This document shows positions 54,099 through 64,000 of a stretch of 64,000 bases of DNA, piece after piece. Origin of the DNA: Desulfobacteraceae bacterium UBA2174. GTDB lineage: Bacteria; Desulfobacterota; Desulfobacteria; Desulfobacterales; UBA2174. The DNA is taken from contig DCWA01000011.1 of the NCBI GenBank assembly GCA_002327445.1, positions 13,945 to 77,944 of the forward strand, given 5' to 3'. Below the pieces are notes generated by a model. The model did no database searches. It saw only the letters and a list, made by a program, of their open reading frames with translations, and was not told the origin of the DNA. Positions within the stretch are counted from its first letter, which is position 1; every line of letters begins with the position of its first letter. The position numbers and the translations under genes were made by a program.

Positions 54099-54704
54099 AT
54101 GAGCCGGAAAGAAACCATTTTGGCAGCGGCAACGGCGCTTTTTGCCCGGAACGGCTTTTCCGCTACGCCGACTTCCGCCATCGCCAAAGAGGCGGGGGTG
54201 GCGGAAGGCCTGATCTTTCATTATTTCAAGAGCAAGGTAGGGATTCTGCTCTGTATTTTAGAAGACGTCACCGAGCGCTATCTCTCCGGTTGCCGCGCCC
54301 GGTTTGAAAATTGCCGGACCGGCCTCGACGCCGTCAAGGCCCTGATCGGCTTTCATTTCGAGTTCGGCACAGAAAATACGGATGCACTCCTGGTATTGAT
54401 CCGGGATGTTCCAGGTTCTTTTTGCCAGAATTTAGCCCCGACGAATCAGAACTCATCCAATGGGATGTACAAGATCCTTTGCATATGGGAGAAATGCATA
54501 GAGCGCGGGAGGCGGGACGGGAGCCTCAGGCACGATCTTCCTCCCCGCGAAACAGCCTTCGTCATCCAGGGGATGTTAATCGGCATAAGCCGGCTCAGAC
54601 TTCTGGCGTCTCTGGATGTATCTTTTTTATCGACGCAGGCAACCGATTTCTGCATAAGAGCGCTCCGCCCCGGGGCAGAAAACGAGCAAACCATAAGTAA
54701 ATAA
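54099..54704 (+). CDS. TetR/AcrR-family regulator
   Basis: Track ORF 53820..54704, trimmed to ATG 54099 (AGGGGGA RBS). MSRKETILAAATALFARNGFSATPTSAIAKEAGVAEGLIFHYFKSK. Confidence 0.9.
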   Translation: MSRKETILAAATALFARNGFSATPTSAIAKEAGVAEGLIFHYFKSKVGILLCILEDVTERYLSGCRARFENCRTGLDAVKALIGFHFEFGTENTDALLVLIRDVPGSFCQNLAPTNQNSSNGMYKILCIWEKCIERGRRDGSLRHDLPPRETAFVIQGMLIGISRLRLLASLDVSFLSTQATDFCIRALRPGAENEQTISK

Positions 54705-54727
54705 TAAAACGGTAAGAGGTATAACAA

Positions 54728-55840
54728 ATGAGAGTATTTCTATCCATTGTGGCGGCTTGTTTCATGTGGCTTCCGGTGTACGGCTTTGCCGGACCTGGCG
54801 ATGATGGCGGCGGGGCTCCTCCGCCCCTGGTTGGAGTAGCAAAAGTAGGGCTTGAGCCCGCAAATCCCCCGGAAAAATATATCGGCCATGTGGAATCCAT
54901 GGAATCCATCGATCTCAGGGCCCGGGTGGAGGGATACCTGGAAAAGCTCGATTTCAAGGAAGGCTCCTTTGTCCGGAAGGGACAGGTCCTTTATGTCATC
55001 GAGCAGGCCCCCTACAAGGCCCGGGTCGCCGTAGCCAGGGCGAAGGTGGCCCAGGCGGAGGCGGATCTTTTCAAGGCGGAGACCCGTCTCGAGCGCCTCC
55101 GTTCCGCACAGCCGGAGAGCGTGCCCAAGACCGATCTCGATGATGCCGTGGCGGCCCGGGATCTGGCCCGGGGCAGGCTGGACGAGGCCAGGGCCAACCT
55201 GGAGCTGGCCGGGATCGACCTGGACTATGCCACCGTGGAAGCCCCGATAACCGGCCGGATCGGAAAGAGCCGCTATAAGCCGGGAGACCTGGTCGGCCCA
55301 TCGTGCCAGCCGCTGGCGGAAATCGTGCGCATGGACCCGATCAGGGTGGTCTTTTCGGTGAGCGAAAATCAGGGGGAAATGATCATGCATGCCCTGGAGG
55401 ATGCCGAAAAAGGGGATACCGCCCCCTTTTTGACCGTCGGTTTGGAGTTCCCCGGCGGTCCGGCCTATCCCCGGAAGGGAGAAATCGATTTCGTGGACAA
55501 CCGGGTGGATCCGGATACGGGGACCATTGCCATTTGGGTCAGGTTCGAGAATCCGGACGGGCGTCTTGTACCGGGCGAATACGTGAGGGTCTTTTTGGGA
55601 GAGGCCAAGCCGGAGATGGTCCCCGCGGTTGCCCAGGCCGCAGTGCAAAGGGACCGGGAAGGGGCCTTTGTCTATGTGGTTGATGAAAAGGACAGGGTGG
55701 AACAGCGCCGGATCGCAACAGGCCCCGTCCTGGACGGCAAGTTCACCGTAACTTCGGGGTTGAAGCCGGGCGAAAAGGTGATCGTTCGGGGGATCCAAAA
55801 GGTGAAACCCGGAATAACCGTGCAGATCGAAGGAGAATAA
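54728..55840 (+). CDS. RND efflux periplasmic adaptor (membrane fusion protein)
   Basis: 370 aa, signal peptide present. ...VESMESIDLRARVEGYLEKLDFKEGSFVRKGQVLYVIE... is followed by a coiled coil, then ...ATVEAPITGRIGKS.... Confidence 0.9.
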   Translation: MRVFLSIVAACFMWLPVYGFAGPGDDGGGAPPPLVGVAKVGLEPANPPEKYIGHVESMESIDLRARVEGYLEKLDFKEGSFVRKGQVLYVIEQAPYKARVAVARAKVAQAEADLFKAETRLERLRSAQPESVPKTDLDDAVAARDLARGRLDEARANLELAGIDLDYATVEAPITGRIGKSRYKPGDLVGPSCQPLAEIVRMDPIRVVFSVSENQGEMIMHALEDAEKGDTAPFLTVGLEFPGGPAYPRKGEIDFVDNRVDPDTGTIAIWVRFENPDGRLVPGEYVRVFLGEAKPEMVPAVAQAAVQRDREGAFVYVVDEKDRVEQRRIATGPVLDGKFTVTSGLKPGEKVIVRGIQKVKPGITVQIEGE

Positions 55841-55847
55841 ACAGACG

Positions 55848-58800
55848 ATGTTTTCCAGGATCTTTATCGAACGTCCCAGGCTGGCCATGGTCATCTCCAT
55901 CCTGATCACCCTGGGAGGACTCATAGCCATATTTAATATTCCGGTGGCCGAGCTGCCCCACATCACACCACCTGCCGTCCGGGTCAGCACCGCCTATCCC
56001 GGGGCCAGTGCCGAGGTGGTCCGGGACACGGTGGCCGCCCCCATCGAGCAGGAGATCAACGGGGTGGAGAACATGCTCTATATGGAATCGAGCTGTTCAG
56101 ACGACGGAAGCTACAGCCTGGTGGTTACTTTTTCCGTGGACTCCAACCCCGATATCGATCAGGTCAATGTACAGAACCGGCTCCAACTGGCCCAATCCCG
56201 GCTTCCCCAGGAGGTGCTGGATCAGGGGATCGATGTGCGCCGCCGTTCCGAGGATATGCTGGGGGTCGTCACCTTTACCTCGCCCCGGGGCACCCGGGAC
56301 CGGATCTTTATGAGCAATTATATCGACCGGACCATTAACGATGCCCTGGTGCGTATTCCCGGGGTCAGCGATGTGAATGTCTTTGGCGAGTATACGTACA
56401 GCATGCGCATCTGGCTGGACCCGGACCGGCTGGCGGCCCTGCGGATGGGACCGGACGATGTGGTGCGGGCCATTCGCCGGCAGAATATCCAGGCCACCCT
56501 GGGCTCGGTGGGGACCGCTCCCGCCCCCCCGGGGCAGGAACTCCAGTACACCTTAAAGGCCAAGGGCCGGCTGGAGAGCCCGGAGGAGTTCGAAAATATC
56601 GTGATCCGGAGCAATGAACAAGGAGGGCTGGTGCGGGTCAAGGATGTGGCCCGGGTGGAGCTGGGCAGCGAGTCCTACGGCACCGAGGGGAGCGTGGACA
56701 ACCGCCCCACGGTGGGTGTAGCGGTGTACAAATCCTCTGAGGCCAATGCCTTGAACACCATGAACGCGGTGAGAGAGGAGCTCAAACGCCAGGCCGAGTT
56801 CCTGCCCGAGGACATGGACTATTTGGTGATGTACGATACCAGCGACTATGTGCGCGAAACGATCAAGGAGATCGTTTTTACCCTGGGGCTGACCTTTTTG
56901 CTGGTGGTTCTGGTCATCTTTGCCTTTTTGCAGAACGTGCGGGCCACCATGATTCCCGCGGCCGCCATACCGGTTTCCATTATCGGTACCTTTGCCGTCC
57001 TGCTCGCCCTGGGATTTTCCGCCAACACCATCAACCTGTTCGCTCTGATTCTGGCCATCGGGGTGGTGGTGGATGACGCCATCATCGTGGTGGAGAATGT
57101 CTATCGCATCCGGGAAGAAGGAGCAGCCGGCGACCGCAAGGAAGCGGCCATCAAGGCCATGGAGGAGATTACCGGGCCGATTGTGGCCACCACCCTGGTC
57201 CTTCTGGCGGTCTTTGTCCCGATTATCTTCATGCCAGGAATCACCGGAGGGCTCTATAGACAGTTCGGGGTGACCCTGTGTGTCTCGGTGGTCATCTCGG
57301 CCATCTGTTCCCTGACCTTGAGCCCCGCCCTGTGCGCGATTTTTTTGAAAAAAACCGAACCCCACCGGCGCGGCCCTTTTGCCTGGTTCAACAGGTTTCT
57401 GGGGGGCTCGCGCACGGTTTATACCTCTGTGGTGGGCTGGCTGATCCGGCATCTGGCCGTAGCGATGTTTTTCTTTCTGATTATTGTCGGCGGGGCCTGG
57501 TTCTTCGCCGGACACCTGCCCACCAGTTTTTTGCCCCAGGAGGACAAGGGCGGATTCTTCTGCGATGTTCAGCTGCCGGAAGGGGCGACCCTGGAGCGGA
57601 CCAACCAGGTCCTGACCCGGGCGACCCAAAAGCTTCTGGAGATGGAAGGAGTGGAGCACGTGCTCTCCGTGAGCGGTTTCAGCCTGCTCAGCGGCCGTTC
57701 GGAAAACGTGGGCTTTGTGATCTGCGATCTGAAGCCCTGGGAAGAGAGGACCAGGCCGGAACTGAGCTTGGATGCCATAGTGGGCAAGGCGGGCAGGGAA
57801 TTCAGCGCCATCACTACGGCCAACATCATCTCCTTTGTACCGCCACCGATTCAGGGTTTAGGGACCACCGGCGGGTTCGATTTCCGGTTGCAGGCCTTGG
57901 CGGGCCAGAGCCCGGCGGAACTGGTATCCGTGGCCGGGGGACTGGTGGCGGCCGCCAATCGGGAGCCCTCCCTTTCCCGGGTCTACACCACCTTTACCGC
58001 GGATACCCCGCAGATTTTTGTGGATCTGGATCGGACCCGGGCAGAACAGATGGGCGTTCCCGTCAGTGAAGTGTTTGCCGTGCTGGGCCAGCAGACGGGG
58101 TCCAGGTATGTAAACGATTTCAACTTGTTCGGCCGGACCTACGACGTCAGGGTCCAAGGTCGGGCCCCATACAGAGCCAAGCCGGAAGATATCCGGGATT
58201 TGTATGTGCTGAGCGGCAAGGGGGCAAAGGTCCCCCTGGAGAGCCTGGTGGATCTGTCCTACAGACTGGGACCCAAGGTGGTCAAACGCTACAACCTGTT
58301 CACCAGCCTGGACATAAAGGGTGAGGCTGCGCCGGGCTATTCTTCGGGCCAGGCCATGGCCGCCATGGAGCGCCTGGCCCGGGAGAAACTGCCTTCGGGT
58401 TATGGGTTTGAATGGTCCTCCATGAGTTATCAGGAAAAACAGGCCAGCGGCACGGTGGTCTATCTGTTCGCCCTAGCCATGATTTTTGCCTATCTCTTTT
58501 TGGTGGGGCTCTACGAGAGCTGGAACCTGCCCGTATCCATCGTCCTTTCCGTCTTGGTGGCCACGCTGGGTGCCTTTATCGGGCTTTGGATATCCGGGCA
58601 TCCCCTGTCCCTGTACGCTCAAATCGGGGTTGTCCTCCTGGTCGGCCTGGCGGCCAAAAACGCCATCCTGATCGTGGAGTTTGCCAGGGACCGCAAAAAC
58701 CAGGGCGCCTCCACCTATGAGGCTGCGGTGGGGGGAGCCGGAACCCGTTTCCGGCCGGTGCTCATGACCGCCCTGACCTTTATTCTGGGGGTTGCCCCCC

Positions 58801-58994
58801 TGGTCGTGGCGACCGGCGCAGGGGCCTCAAGCCGCACCCATATCGGCACCGTAGTTTTTGCCGGCATGATCGCGGCCACCACCCTGGGAATACTGATCAT
58901 CCCGGCGCTGTATTACATTTTTCAGCAGCTGGGTGAAAAGGGACAGGCCCTGCGATGGAAAGGCCGCGGAAAGCGGCGGATGCAAGACGAATAG
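55848..58994 (+). CDS. RND multidrug efflux permease (AcrB/HAE1-like)
   Basis: 1048 aa. MFSRIFIERPRLAMVISILITLGGLIAIFNIPVAELP..., 12-TM/2-loop architecture, ...LAIGVVVDDAIIVVENV.... Confidence 0.95.
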   Translation: MFSRIFIERPRLAMVISILITLGGLIAIFNIPVAELPHITPPAVRVSTAYPGASAEVVRDTVAAPIEQEINGVENMLYMESSCSDDGSYSLVVTFSVDSNPDIDQVNVQNRLQLAQSRLPQEVLDQGIDVRRRSEDMLGVVTFTSPRGTRDRIFMSNYIDRTINDALVRIPGVSDVNVFGEYTYSMRIWLDPDRLAALRMGPDDVVRAIRRQNIQATLGSVGTAPAPPGQELQYTLKAKGRLESPEEFENIVIRSNEQGGLVRVKDVARVELGSESYGTEGSVDNRPTVGVAVYKSSEANALNTMNAVREELKRQAEFLPEDMDYLVMYDTSDYVRETIKEIVFTLGLTFLLVVLVIFAFLQNVRATMIPAAAIPVSIIGTFAVLLALGFSANTINLFALILAIGVVVDDAIIVVENVYRIREEGAAGDRKEAAIKAMEEITGPIVATTLVLLAVFVPIIFMPGITGGLYRQFGVTLCVSVVISAICSLTLSPALCAIFLKKTEPHRRGPFAWFNRFLGGSRTVYTSVVGWLIRHLAVAMFFFLIIVGGAWFFAGHLPTSFLPQEDKGGFFCDVQLPEGATLERTNQVLTRATQKLLEMEGVEHVLSVSGFSLLSGRSENVGFVICDLKPWEERTRPELSLDAIVGKAGREFSAITTANIISFVPPPIQGLGTTGGFDFRLQALAGQSPAELVSVAGGLVAAANREPSLSRVYTTFTADTPQIFVDLDRTRAEQMGVPVSEVFAVLGQQTGSRYVNDFNLFGRTYDVRVQGRAPYRAKPEDIRDLYVLSGKGAKVPLESLVDLSYRLGPKVVKRYNLFTSLDIKGEAAPGYSSGQAMAAMERLAREKLPSGYGFEWSSMSYQEKQASGTVVYLFALAMIFAYLFLVGLYESWNLPVSIVLSVLVATLGAFIGLWISGHPLSLYAQIGVVLLVGLAAKNAILIVEFARDRKNQGASTYEAAVGGAGTRFRPVLMTALTFILGVAPLVVATGAGASSRTHIGTVVFAGMIAATTLGILIIPALYYIFQQLGEKGQALRWKGRGKRRMQDE

Positions 58995-59026
58995 CCAGCC
59001 AAAAGGCGAAAAGCGGGATGCGGAAT

Positions 59027-60532
59027 ATGACCATACCAAACAAAGAAAAGCGGGATCTGCGTGCGGGACGCATGCGGTTTATACCCTGGCTGCTCGTGCT
59101 TATTTCTCTGCTCGCGGGCGGCTGCGCCATGGTGGGGCCGGATTATGAAGAAGTCCGGCCCGAGGTTGACGGAAGCTGGACCGCCCAGATGGAGAAGGGC
59201 CTGGAGGCCTCCGGGCCGGACCGGGACGTTCTGGCCGAGTGGTGGAAGGTATTGGATGATCCGGTGCTCACGGCGTTGGAAGAAAAAGCGGTCCAGGGAA
59301 ATCTGGACCTGCAGACCTCCCTTTCCCGTCTGCGGCAGGCAAGACTCCTCAGAGGCATCAGCGAATCCGACCTCTATCCCACGTTGAATGCCTCGGGTGC
59401 GGTTCAAGAAGAACGAGGCAGCGAGTCCCTGCGGGCGGGAGTCGGCGGAACGGAAGAGGAGTACTACCTGGTTCGGTTCGATTCCGCCTGGGAACTGGAC
59501 CTGTTCGGCGGGATCAGGCGCTCGATCGAGGCCGCCCGGGCCGAGATCGAGGCCGGCCGGGCCGATGTAAGGGATGTCCTGGTCAGCTTGATGGCGGAAG
59601 TCGCCGTAAATTACATAGAGGTACGGACCTATCGGCAAAGATTGGATATCACCCTGGCCAACATAAGGACCCAGGAAAAAACACATGAATTGAACAAGTC
59701 GAGGTATGAGGCCGGTCTGATTGACGAGTTGGCCGAGCAGCAGTCCCTTCGGAACCTGGAGACCAGCCGCTCCCAGATTCCCCGACTGACCAGCGGCCTG
59801 CGGGCGGCCAAGAACCGCCTGGCCGTTCTTTTGGGCCAGGCGCCCGGTTCGATAGATGAACTGCTTGCCGCGGACAAAGGAATCCCCCGGGTTCCCCCCA
59901 GGGTGGCCGTTGGGATCCCGGCCGAGGCCATGCGCCGGCGGCCGGATATCCGCAGGGCCGAAAGGCAACTTGCGGCCCAGACCGCCAGGATCGGAGTGGC
60001 CACGGCTGAGCTCTATCCCAAGTTTCGTTTATCGGGCACCATCGGGCTGGAGGCCATTGAGAGCAATTTCCTCGACGCCCAGAGCCGGTTCTGGGGCATT
60101 GGACCCGGCGTGTCCTGGAATATCTTCCAGGGTGGTGCTCTTCGGCTGAACATTGACCTGCAAACGGAAAGACAAAAAGAGGCCCTGCTTTTCTATAAGT
60201 CCACGGTATTGCAGGCCTTGCAGGAAGTAGAAAACGCGCTGACCGCCTATGCCAAGGAGCAGCTACGGGAAGAATCCCTGGAAAAGGCGGTTGCCGCCGC
60301 CAGGCGGACCGAATTTTTGGCAAGAGACCGCTACGATACAGGGTTGACGGATTTCTACAACGTCCTGGATGCCCAGAGAGCCCTGCTTGAACTGGAGGAT
60401 CAGTTAACCTTGTCCAGGGCGGAAGTGGCCTCGAACCTGGCCCGGCTTTTCAAAGCCCTGGGCGGTGGCTGGGAGTATTACGGAAATCTTTTAGGGCAGT
60501 CGCAACAGCCCGAGGCGATAGGGAGCGACTAA
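59027..60532 (+). CDS. Outer-membrane efflux lipoprotein (NodT/OprM family)
   Basis: Track ORF 58955..60532 overlaps the RND gene. The start is ATG 59027, or 59072 (MRFIPWLLVLISLLAGGCA, a lipobox). ...GPDYEE..., with two repeats of the OEP fold. Confidence 0.85.
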   Translation: MTIPNKEKRDLRAGRMRFIPWLLVLISLLAGGCAMVGPDYEEVRPEVDGSWTAQMEKGLEASGPDRDVLAEWWKVLDDPVLTALEEKAVQGNLDLQTSLSRLRQARLLRGISESDLYPTLNASGAVQEERGSESLRAGVGGTEEEYYLVRFDSAWELDLFGGIRRSIEAARAEIEAGRADVRDVLVSLMAEVAVNYIEVRTYRQRLDITLANIRTQEKTHELNKSRYEAGLIDELAEQQSLRNLETSRSQIPRLTSGLRAAKNRLAVLLGQAPGSIDELLAADKGIPRVPPRVAVGIPAEAMRRRPDIRRAERQLAAQTARIGVATAELYPKFRLSGTIGLEAIESNFLDAQSRFWGIGPGVSWNIFQGGALRLNIDLQTERQKEALLFYKSTVLQALQEVENALTAYAKEQLREESLEKAVAAARRTEFLARDRYDTGLTDFYNVLDAQRALLELEDQLTLSRAEVASNLARLFKALGGGWEYYGNLLGQSQQPEAIGSD

Positions 60533-60556
60533 TTCAACAAACAGGGAGACGCAAGC

Positions 60557-61372
60557 ATGGAAAGCAAGATAGCTCGATCGCTTAACTTGAAATACCATCC
60601 TGTGGCCATCCTCTGGAGTGATGATAGGCCCGAGAAGGCCGTGAGCTTCAAAGAAGGCAAATGGGGTTGTGTCATGTGGATGCTGGTGGCCGCGGCCAAA
60701 GGGAGAACCGCGGCCTTCGATGAAAAGACCTACGGCTGCTGGGGCGGCGGAGTCGGGCTGGGATTCGGAAACCAGTATCTCAACTTCCCCGGCGGCATCG
60801 AATGTTTCAATCATTTCCTGTCCACGGGCAACGAGAATTGGCAGGAAGGCCGCGATATGGCGGAAAAGCTGGAATCCGCCGCAGGCAGGGAATTTTTGGA
60901 GGAATTCCGCCACGGGGAAGGCTATATGAAGTCCCCTGAGCTGGTCAAAAGGTTCATTGACAGCCTGCCTATCATGGATGTGCCTGCAAAATACGTGGTC
61001 TTTAAACCCCTGAATCATCTCGATCCGACCCGGGAACAACCCCGGGTGATGATCTTCCTGGCCGATCCGGACCAACTCTCCGCCCTGGTGGTGCTGGCCA
61101 ACTACGGCAGGGGGGCCAACCAGAACGTGATCGCCCCCTTTGCCGCCGGGTGCCAGCAGATCGGGATCTTACCCTACCAAGAGGCACGCTCCGAGCATCC
61201 CCGGGCGGTTATCGGCCTCACGGACCTTTCCGCAAGAAAGAATCTCAAGAAACAGCTTGACCGGAATGTGCTCTCCTTTGCCGTTCCCTGGCGGATGTTT
61301 GAGGAGATGGAAGACAACGTTGAGGGGAGCTTTTTACAGAAAGAGACCTGGAGGAATCTCCAAGCTACGTAA
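60557..61372 (+). CDS. DUF169-domain protein
   Basis: 271 aa. ...LNLKYHPVAILWSD...KWGCVMWML...GCWGGGVGLGFG... and ...PRVMIFLADPDQLSALVVLANY... are typical of DUF169. Confidence 0.7.
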   Translation: MESKIARSLNLKYHPVAILWSDDRPEKAVSFKEGKWGCVMWMLVAAAKGRTAAFDEKTYGCWGGGVGLGFGNQYLNFPGGIECFNHFLSTGNENWQEGRDMAEKLESAAGREFLEEFRHGEGYMKSPELVKRFIDSLPIMDVPAKYVVFKPLNHLDPTREQPRVMIFLADPDQLSALVVLANYGRGANQNVIAPFAAGCQQIGILPYQEARSEHPRAVIGLTDLSARKNLKKQLDRNVLSFAVPWRMFEEMEDNVEGSFLQKETWRNLQAT

Positions 61373-61549
61373 CGGGTTTTGAAGAATCATTCGGGTTTCC
61401 AGTATCATGAGTCTTTTGAATAAATGATAGACACGGTGCCGGAGGAATATTCAAAGCTTTTTCGGAGCCCGAGATGACCCCGCCCGGGTCTGCGAAAACG
61501 GAATCCTTCAAGGCCCGGTTTTCAGCATTTACATGGGCGTAGAGAATTT

Positions 61550-62569
61550 ATGACAAGAAGGGAGGACAAATCCGTGAATTCCAAAATGGAACGTTACCAT
61601 ATTGTAGTAACTTTTGACATTGACGAAAAAGAAAAAGAGTTGTTGGTTAAAACAATTCCGGAAGGAACATTCTTTTCTTTCCTGGGTGATCTGAACGAAG
61701 AAAACAGAAAGAAAGCGCTGCAAGCGGCAGATGTGCTTTTTTCCTGGAACCCTCCAAAAGAACTATCCAAGGATGAATACCCGCTGCTTACGCGGCTGCG
61801 CTTCCTGCAGCTTCTTTCGGCCGGCGCCGATCATGTTCCCTTCGACGATGTCCCCGAAGGGGTGAAGATCGCAAGCAACGTCGGCGCCTACGCCGAACCG
61901 ATGGCGGAGCACGTACTGGCCATGGTGCTTGCCCTGGCAAAGCAGCTGCTGAAAAATCACGACAAGCTGGCACGCGGCGAATTCAACCAGTTTGAAATCA
62001 ATAAGATGGTGTCCGGTTCAACGGTCGGCATTATCGGTTTCGGTGGCATAGGGCAAGCCGCGGCAAAGCTCTTCCGATGTCCGGGATGCAGAATATACGC
62101 CATAAACTCAAGCGGCAGGACGCGGGAAGCGGTGGATTTCATCGGGACGCTGAAGGACCTCGACCACGTTTTAAAGGAATCCGACATCGTTGTTCTTTCC
62201 ATTGCGCTAAACAAGCAAACACGCAACCTCATCGGTCGTCGCGAGCTTGAGTTGATGAAACCGGACGCTGTTTTGGTAAACGTGGCGCGAGCCGCACTCA
62301 TAGACGAGGCCGCTCTTTTCGAACACCTTGTGAATAACCCTCATTTCAAGGCAGGCATCGACGCCTGGTGGGTCGAACCTTTCGGCGCGGGCACATTTAA
62401 GATGGATCATCCTTTCTGCGGGCTTCCCAATTTCATCGGCTCGCCGCACAATTCGGCGATGGTTCCCGGTGTCATTGAAAGAGCCGTCGAATTGGCGGCT
62501 TTAAATGTTCGTAATTTCATCCAGGAGAATCCGATTCGCGGGGTGGTATCCCGCGAGCAATATAGATGA
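61550..62569 (+). CDS. D-isomer-specific 2-hydroxyacid dehydrogenase family protein
   Basis: 339 aa. The NAD site is VGIIGFGGIGQAAAKL, followed by ...LVNVARAALIDEAAL... and ...GSPHNSAM. In-frame GTG 61574, 7 nt after GGGAGGA, is an alternative start. Confidence 0.85.
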   Translation: MTRREDKSVNSKMERYHIVVTFDIDEKEKELLVKTIPEGTFFSFLGDLNEENRKKALQAADVLFSWNPPKELSKDEYPLLTRLRFLQLLSAGADHVPFDDVPEGVKIASNVGAYAEPMAEHVLAMVLALAKQLLKNHDKLARGEFNQFEINKMVSGSTVGIIGFGGIGQAAAKLFRCPGCRIYAINSSGRTREAVDFIGTLKDLDHVLKESDIVVLSIALNKQTRNLIGRRELELMKPDAVLVNVARAALIDEAALFEHLVNNPHFKAGIDAWWVEPFGAGTFKMDHPFCGLPNFIGSPHNSAMVPGVIERAVELAALNVRNFIQENPIRGVVSREQYR

Positions 62570-62595
62570 TGCCTTCGTAGTAAAAAATCCGAATT

Positions 62596-62687
62596 GTCAT
62601 CCCGAGCGCAGCGAGGGATCTCTTCGTAAAACGAAATGCATAATAATAGCGGATGGTTGAGATCCCTCGTCGCAAGCTCGGAATGAC
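62596..62687. repeat. REP/MITE-like inverted repeat (27-29-bp arms, 36-nt AT-rich loop)
   Basis: gtcatcccgagcgcagcgagggatctc (62596-62622) pairs with gagatccctcgtcgcaagctcggaatgac (62659-62687). It belongs to the same family as the arms at 12137-12166 and about 12236. It may double as a terminator-like hairpin after the dehydrogenase gene. Confidence 0.85.
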
Positions 62688-62766
62688 AATGGCTGTTTTC
62701 GGCTTTTTTACGACGCTATCATTTATGGATGGAAAATAGATAACGTTTAATAAAAGGAGGACGTCT

Positions 62767-63546
62767 ATGCGATGCGAACGTTTGGAAGGGCATGTAGCAC
62801 TCATTACCGGAGGTGCGAGGGGAATCGGCAAGGCCATAGCCAGGCGTCTTTACTCCGAAAAGGCCGATATTGCAATTTGCGGAACCACCGAGGACGTATT
62901 AAAAAAGGCCGCAGAAGAAATAGCCTCCGAAGACCGCGAGGTATTGCCCATGGTCTGTGATGTTTCCGATTCCGGGCAGGTCAAGGCGATGGTGGAAAAG
63001 GCCCGCCGGCGCTTCGGAAAAATCGATATCCTGGTAAACAATGCTGCCGTAATGCTCAGACATATCGGTTACGAGCGGGCAACAAAGCCTTTTTACGAAC
63101 TGGACGAGGCGGACTGGGACCGTGTCATGGACGTAAACGTAAAAGGGATGTGGTTGTGTGCCAGAGAGGTCTTTTCCGACATGCGCGCCCAAAACTGGGG
63201 CCGTATCATCAACATATCATCAGACACCGTTTTTATGGGACGGGGTAACGGCGTTCAGTACATCATCTCCAAGGCGGCGGTTGTCGGCCTTACCAGGGGG
63301 CTGGCGTTTGAAGTGGGCCGTCACGGAATTACCGTAAACGCAATCTCTCCGGGGCTTGTTCAAAGCGAAACGGTTCAGGAACATGATTTCAAAGAGATGA
63401 GCGAGGTACTTGCAAACAGTTCCGCCATACCGAAGCTGGAATACCCGGATGACCTGGCAGGTGCCGCGGCATGGCTGGCCTCGGATGACGCGGCTTTCGT
63501 GACAGGGCAGAACATCAGCGTGTCGGGAGGCCTGAGTTTGCATTAA
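62767..63546 (+). CDS. SDR-family oxidoreductase (FabG-like)
   Basis: 259 aa, AAGGAGG RBS. ALITGGARGIGKAIA, ILVNNAAV, and S...YIISKAAV as the catalytic triad pattern. Confidence 0.9.
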   Translation: MRCERLEGHVALITGGARGIGKAIARRLYSEKADIAICGTTEDVLKKAAEEIASEDREVLPMVCDVSDSGQVKAMVEKARRRFGKIDILVNNAAVMLRHIGYERATKPFYELDEADWDRVMDVNVKGMWLCAREVFSDMRAQNWGRIINISSDTVFMGRGNGVQYIISKAAVVGLTRGLAFEVGRHGITVNAISPGLVQSETVQEHDFKEMSEVLANSSAIPKLEYPDDLAGAAAWLASDDAAFVTGQNISVSGGLSLH

Positions 63547-63696
63547 CCGATAAACGAAGTGGAAGCGTCTCACTGACCGAGACAAAACCGCTGGGACGTC
63601 GCGCTGCGGCTCCATGGATGCATAAAGTCGAGCTTTGAATGCAACCATGCGGCCGTAAACTGTCATTTTCGAATTTGGGCATGGGGCTTGTAAGGC

Positions 63697-64000
63697 ATGG
63701 ATAAGAAAGGTGCGATCGATTCGGTCAGGCTAAATGTTGTTCATCATCCGGGCCGGCATTGTGCAAGCACTGGCATTCGAGACTTAGTCAACTTTCATGG
63801 CATTGATTTTTCAGAAGCCATGTGTTTCGGTATCGGCGCCGGTCTTGGGCTTTGGTATCTGGATTTTGAGGGACTTCCAGTTTCCCGCATGATGCATGTT
63901 CGGTCCATGGATTTTGAAGCCCAATTTTTCAGCCGCATGGGGATGGCCTTTGAATGGGAACAAACAAATGATCCAGCGGCGGGCGAGGCCGCCCTTTGCC
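63697..64000 (+). CDS. BtrH_N-like (peptidase C39-like fold) domain protein, 5' part only
   Basis: My translation from ATG 63697 reads MDKKGAIDSVRLNVVHHPGRHCASTGIRDLVNFHGIDFSEAMCFGIGAGLGLWYLDF.... The H-C-x-S/T-x-x-(I/L)-x-x-L...G.G.G pattern recalls butirosin BtrH N-terminal domain proteins. It runs off the window, so it is absent from the ORF track. Confidence 0.5.
   Translation, partial: MDKKGAIDSVRLNVVHHPGRHCASTGIRDLVNFHGIDFSEAMCFGIGAGLGLWYLDFEGLPVSRMMHVRSMDFEAQFFSRMGMAFEWEQTNDPAAGEAALC

Overview
64-kb, mostly high-G+C bacterial chromosomal segment. My hand counts on single 60-nt lines give about 65-67% G+C in the core, against about 35-50% in some patches. No rRNA, tRNA or CRISPR array was found. 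The taxon cannot be fixed without a database search; the interspersed repeat families are only a weak hint of an anaerobic delta-proteobacterial/Desulfobacterota-like genome. Four blocks. (1) 1-21.7 kb, mostly minus strand, is uptake and catabolism: a YnjB-type ABC importer; two old paralogous Dpp/Opp-type ABC operons with identical D-F-A-B-C order; MmgE/PrpD, an M20 peptidase and a saccharopine-dehydrogenase-like enzyme; an unusual XRE-HTH::DctP fusion regulator; and an MFS transporter. (2) 21.7-31 kb is a low-G+C mosaic. It holds a 3.8-kb cassette bounded by about 250-bp direct repeats that carries a TetR gene, a palindromic operator and a tri-domain CmpB-membrane/HD/B12-radical-SAM fusion protein. 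It also holds three different transposase fragments, an MsbA-like ABC exporter fused in frame to a signal-anchor plus TPR-like domain, and a TagF-like gene. (3) 31-47.6 kb is what I read as a bacterial sphingolipid supercluster. It has an spt-ACP-reductase-acyl-AMP ligase operon plus a bCerS-like N-acyltransferase and two nucleotidyltransferases. These are followed by LptF/LptG paralogues, a metallophosphoesterase, a radical SAM enzyme, a DAGK-family lipid kinase, a CDP-alcohol phosphotransferase and a Tam41/Mmp37-like cytidylyltransferase. The last set suggests an undescribed nucleotide-activated ceramide head-group pathway and is my top candidate for novelty. (4) 47.6-64 kb holds a degenerate ISL3 element, a HlyD/RbbA-like/ABC-2 exporter, a TetR-controlled RND tripartite efflux pump, DUF169, two dehydrogenases and a partial BtrH_N-like gene. 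Four plus-strand genes are each broken by the same lesion, one base missing in a homopolymer run. This may be an assembly artefact rather than biology. All functional calls rest on my reading of the translations; no searches were run.
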